Below are positions 53,327-54,408 of a DNA stretch of 54,408 nucleotides, one piece after another (position 1 is the first letter of the stretch; each line of letters opens with the position of its first letter). Source of the DNA: an uncultured bacterium (GTDB lineage: Bacteria; SAR324; NAC60-12). The notes under the pieces are model-generated. The model saw only the letters and a program-made list of their open reading frames with translations. It had not been told where the DNA came from and searched no databases. The stretch covers positions 1 through 54,408 of the forward strand of contig CBFIGY010000019.1 in the NCBI GenBank assembly GCA_965662235.1. The letters run 5' to 3'. The position numbers and the translations under genes were made by a program.

Positions 53327-54408
53327 ATGCTTCCTTACAAACTAATCCTCCTCGGGAGCGTCAGCACGCTCTTCTGGACAGGATGCGGCATGCCCCTGAG
53401 CGATGAGCCCAAGGACCCGTATGAAGCTCCGGCAACCCTGTCTGTTGAAGCCACCACCCCGGCCAACGGTAAAAGTGGAGTCTCCCTCACGGACAACCTA
53501 AGCGTCACTTTCAACCAAGGCGTCGGACGGACCGGCGTTCCCACCAGCTCCACCAGCGCCTGTGAGGCCGGTGTCCAGGTTTCGTCTGATGGCTTCACCA
53601 CCTGCGAGCCCGCTCAGCTGACGCCGTCCAAGGACCTCCTGACCTACACGCTCGATCCGGACCTGCCCCTTTCTTCCAAGACGGAGTATCAGCTCCGAGC
53701 CACCACTGACATCTCTGCACTGGGCGGCGCCAAACTGGCCAGCAACTCGGATGTGGGCTTCACCACGGAAGCCCTTTGTGACTCCGGATGCGACTGGGAT
53801 AACCTAACAGTCATTGGCCTAACCGCTAGAAGTAACCATGCAGGAGCGGTGTTTGACGGAAAGATGTATGTGATGGGAGGAATTGATGCATCCAGGCTGA
53901 ACAGCGTTCAGCATTCCACCGATGGCATCACTTGGACCAACGACACGGTCTCTGTCGGCTGGACGGCACGCAGCGGACTGGCCGCCGTCGTCTTTGATGG
54001 AAAACTCTGGGTCATTGGAGGAAACGACGGAAGCCCACTCAATGATGTCTGGGCCTATGACGGGACTTTGTGGGAGGAGATACGATCAGATGGAGACCCC
54101 AATGGCTTCAATCCTCGATATGGACACGCTGCTCTGGCGTTCAACCAAAAGCTCTGGGTGATGGGGGGGACTGGAACGGGTGGGAAACTGAATGACGTCT
54201 GGACTTCTGAAGATGGCGCCACCTGGACCTCGCAAGGCAACGCCAATTGGCCGATTCGAACAGATCACACCGCGACGGTCCTCGAGGGACAGATGTGGGT
54301 GATGGGGGGGACCGGAACGAGTGGGAGTCTGCTGAACGACGTTTGGCGCTCCTCTGCAGATGGAACGAGTTGGACCTCCATGCCCACTTCCCCCACCTGG
54401 TCGGCAAG
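53327..54408 (+). CDS. Lipoprotein with Ig-like (SbsA/Big_5-type) domain and Kelch repeats (3' end beyond window; absent from ORF track)
   Basis: Open frame MLPYKLILLGSVSTLFWTGC; TTPANG..LSVTFN..QVSSDGFTTC..GFTT; four Kelch blades (KMYVMGG, KLWVIGG, KLWVMGG, QMWVMGG with LNDVW). Confidence 0.85.
   Translation, partial: MLPYKLILLGSVSTLFWTGCGMPLSDEPKDPYEAPATLSVEATTPANGKSGVSLTDNLSVTFNQGVGRTGVPTSSTSACEAGVQVSSDGFTTCEPAQLTPSKDLLTYTLDPDLPLSSKTEYQLRATTDISALGGAKLASNSDVGFTTEALCDSGCDWDNLTVIGLTARSNHAGAVFDGKMYVMGGIDASRLNSVQHSTDGITWTNDTVSVGWTARSGLAAVVFDGKLWVIGGNDGSPLNDVWAYDGTLWEEIRSDGDPNGFNPRYGHAALAFNQKLWVMGGTGTGGKLNDVWTSEDGATWTSQGNANWPIRTDHTATVLEGQMWVMGGTGTSGSLLNDVWRSSADGTSWTSMPTSPTWSA

Noticed and set aside
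54155..54345. Direct repeats as a CRISPR array
   Set aside because: Only two imperfect copies 141 bp apart, in frame within Kelch blades; no cas genes

Overview
GC-rich (roughly 60%) bacterial chromosomal window; its housekeeping genes and Leptospira-style Ig-domain lipoprotein are compatible with a marine deltaproteobacterium-like lineage such as SAR324, but this is not proven. Positions 1-16.5 kb hold a composite polyol-catabolism locus: two LacI regulators, a tagatose-kinase-like PfkB, a GatZ/KbaZ-like epimerase, a Zn dehydrogenase, the smoEFGK ABC transporter, SmoS, mannitol dehydrogenase, two phosphatases, a SorC/SmoC regulator and a xylulokinase-like kinase. The rest is mostly core metabolism: LysR, cysK, cbtAB, cobB, gltBD, yajC-secDF, tyrA, tgt, qor, a CNNM protein, gltA, an amidohydrolase, gcvTH, a phosphonate-monoester-hydrolase-like sulfatase, moaE, a 2-phosphoglycerate-kinase-like protein, TerB-like and HNH proteins, lipoproteins and a fused 5-oxoprolinase. 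No tRNA, rRNA or CRISPR array was recognised. The most notable unannotated signals are: (i) a highly iterated palindrome TCCGGA (about 115 copies by hand count) that nearly vanishes over the smo cassette; (ii) a 217-bp IS66-derived miniature element with terminal inverted repeats and an 8-bp target duplication between smoE and smoF; (iii) two candidate structured RNAs, one between cobB and gltB and one in front of a small SutA-like gene; (iv) a twin-ATP-cone 2-phosphoglycerate-kinase homolog. All counts and folds were done by eye.
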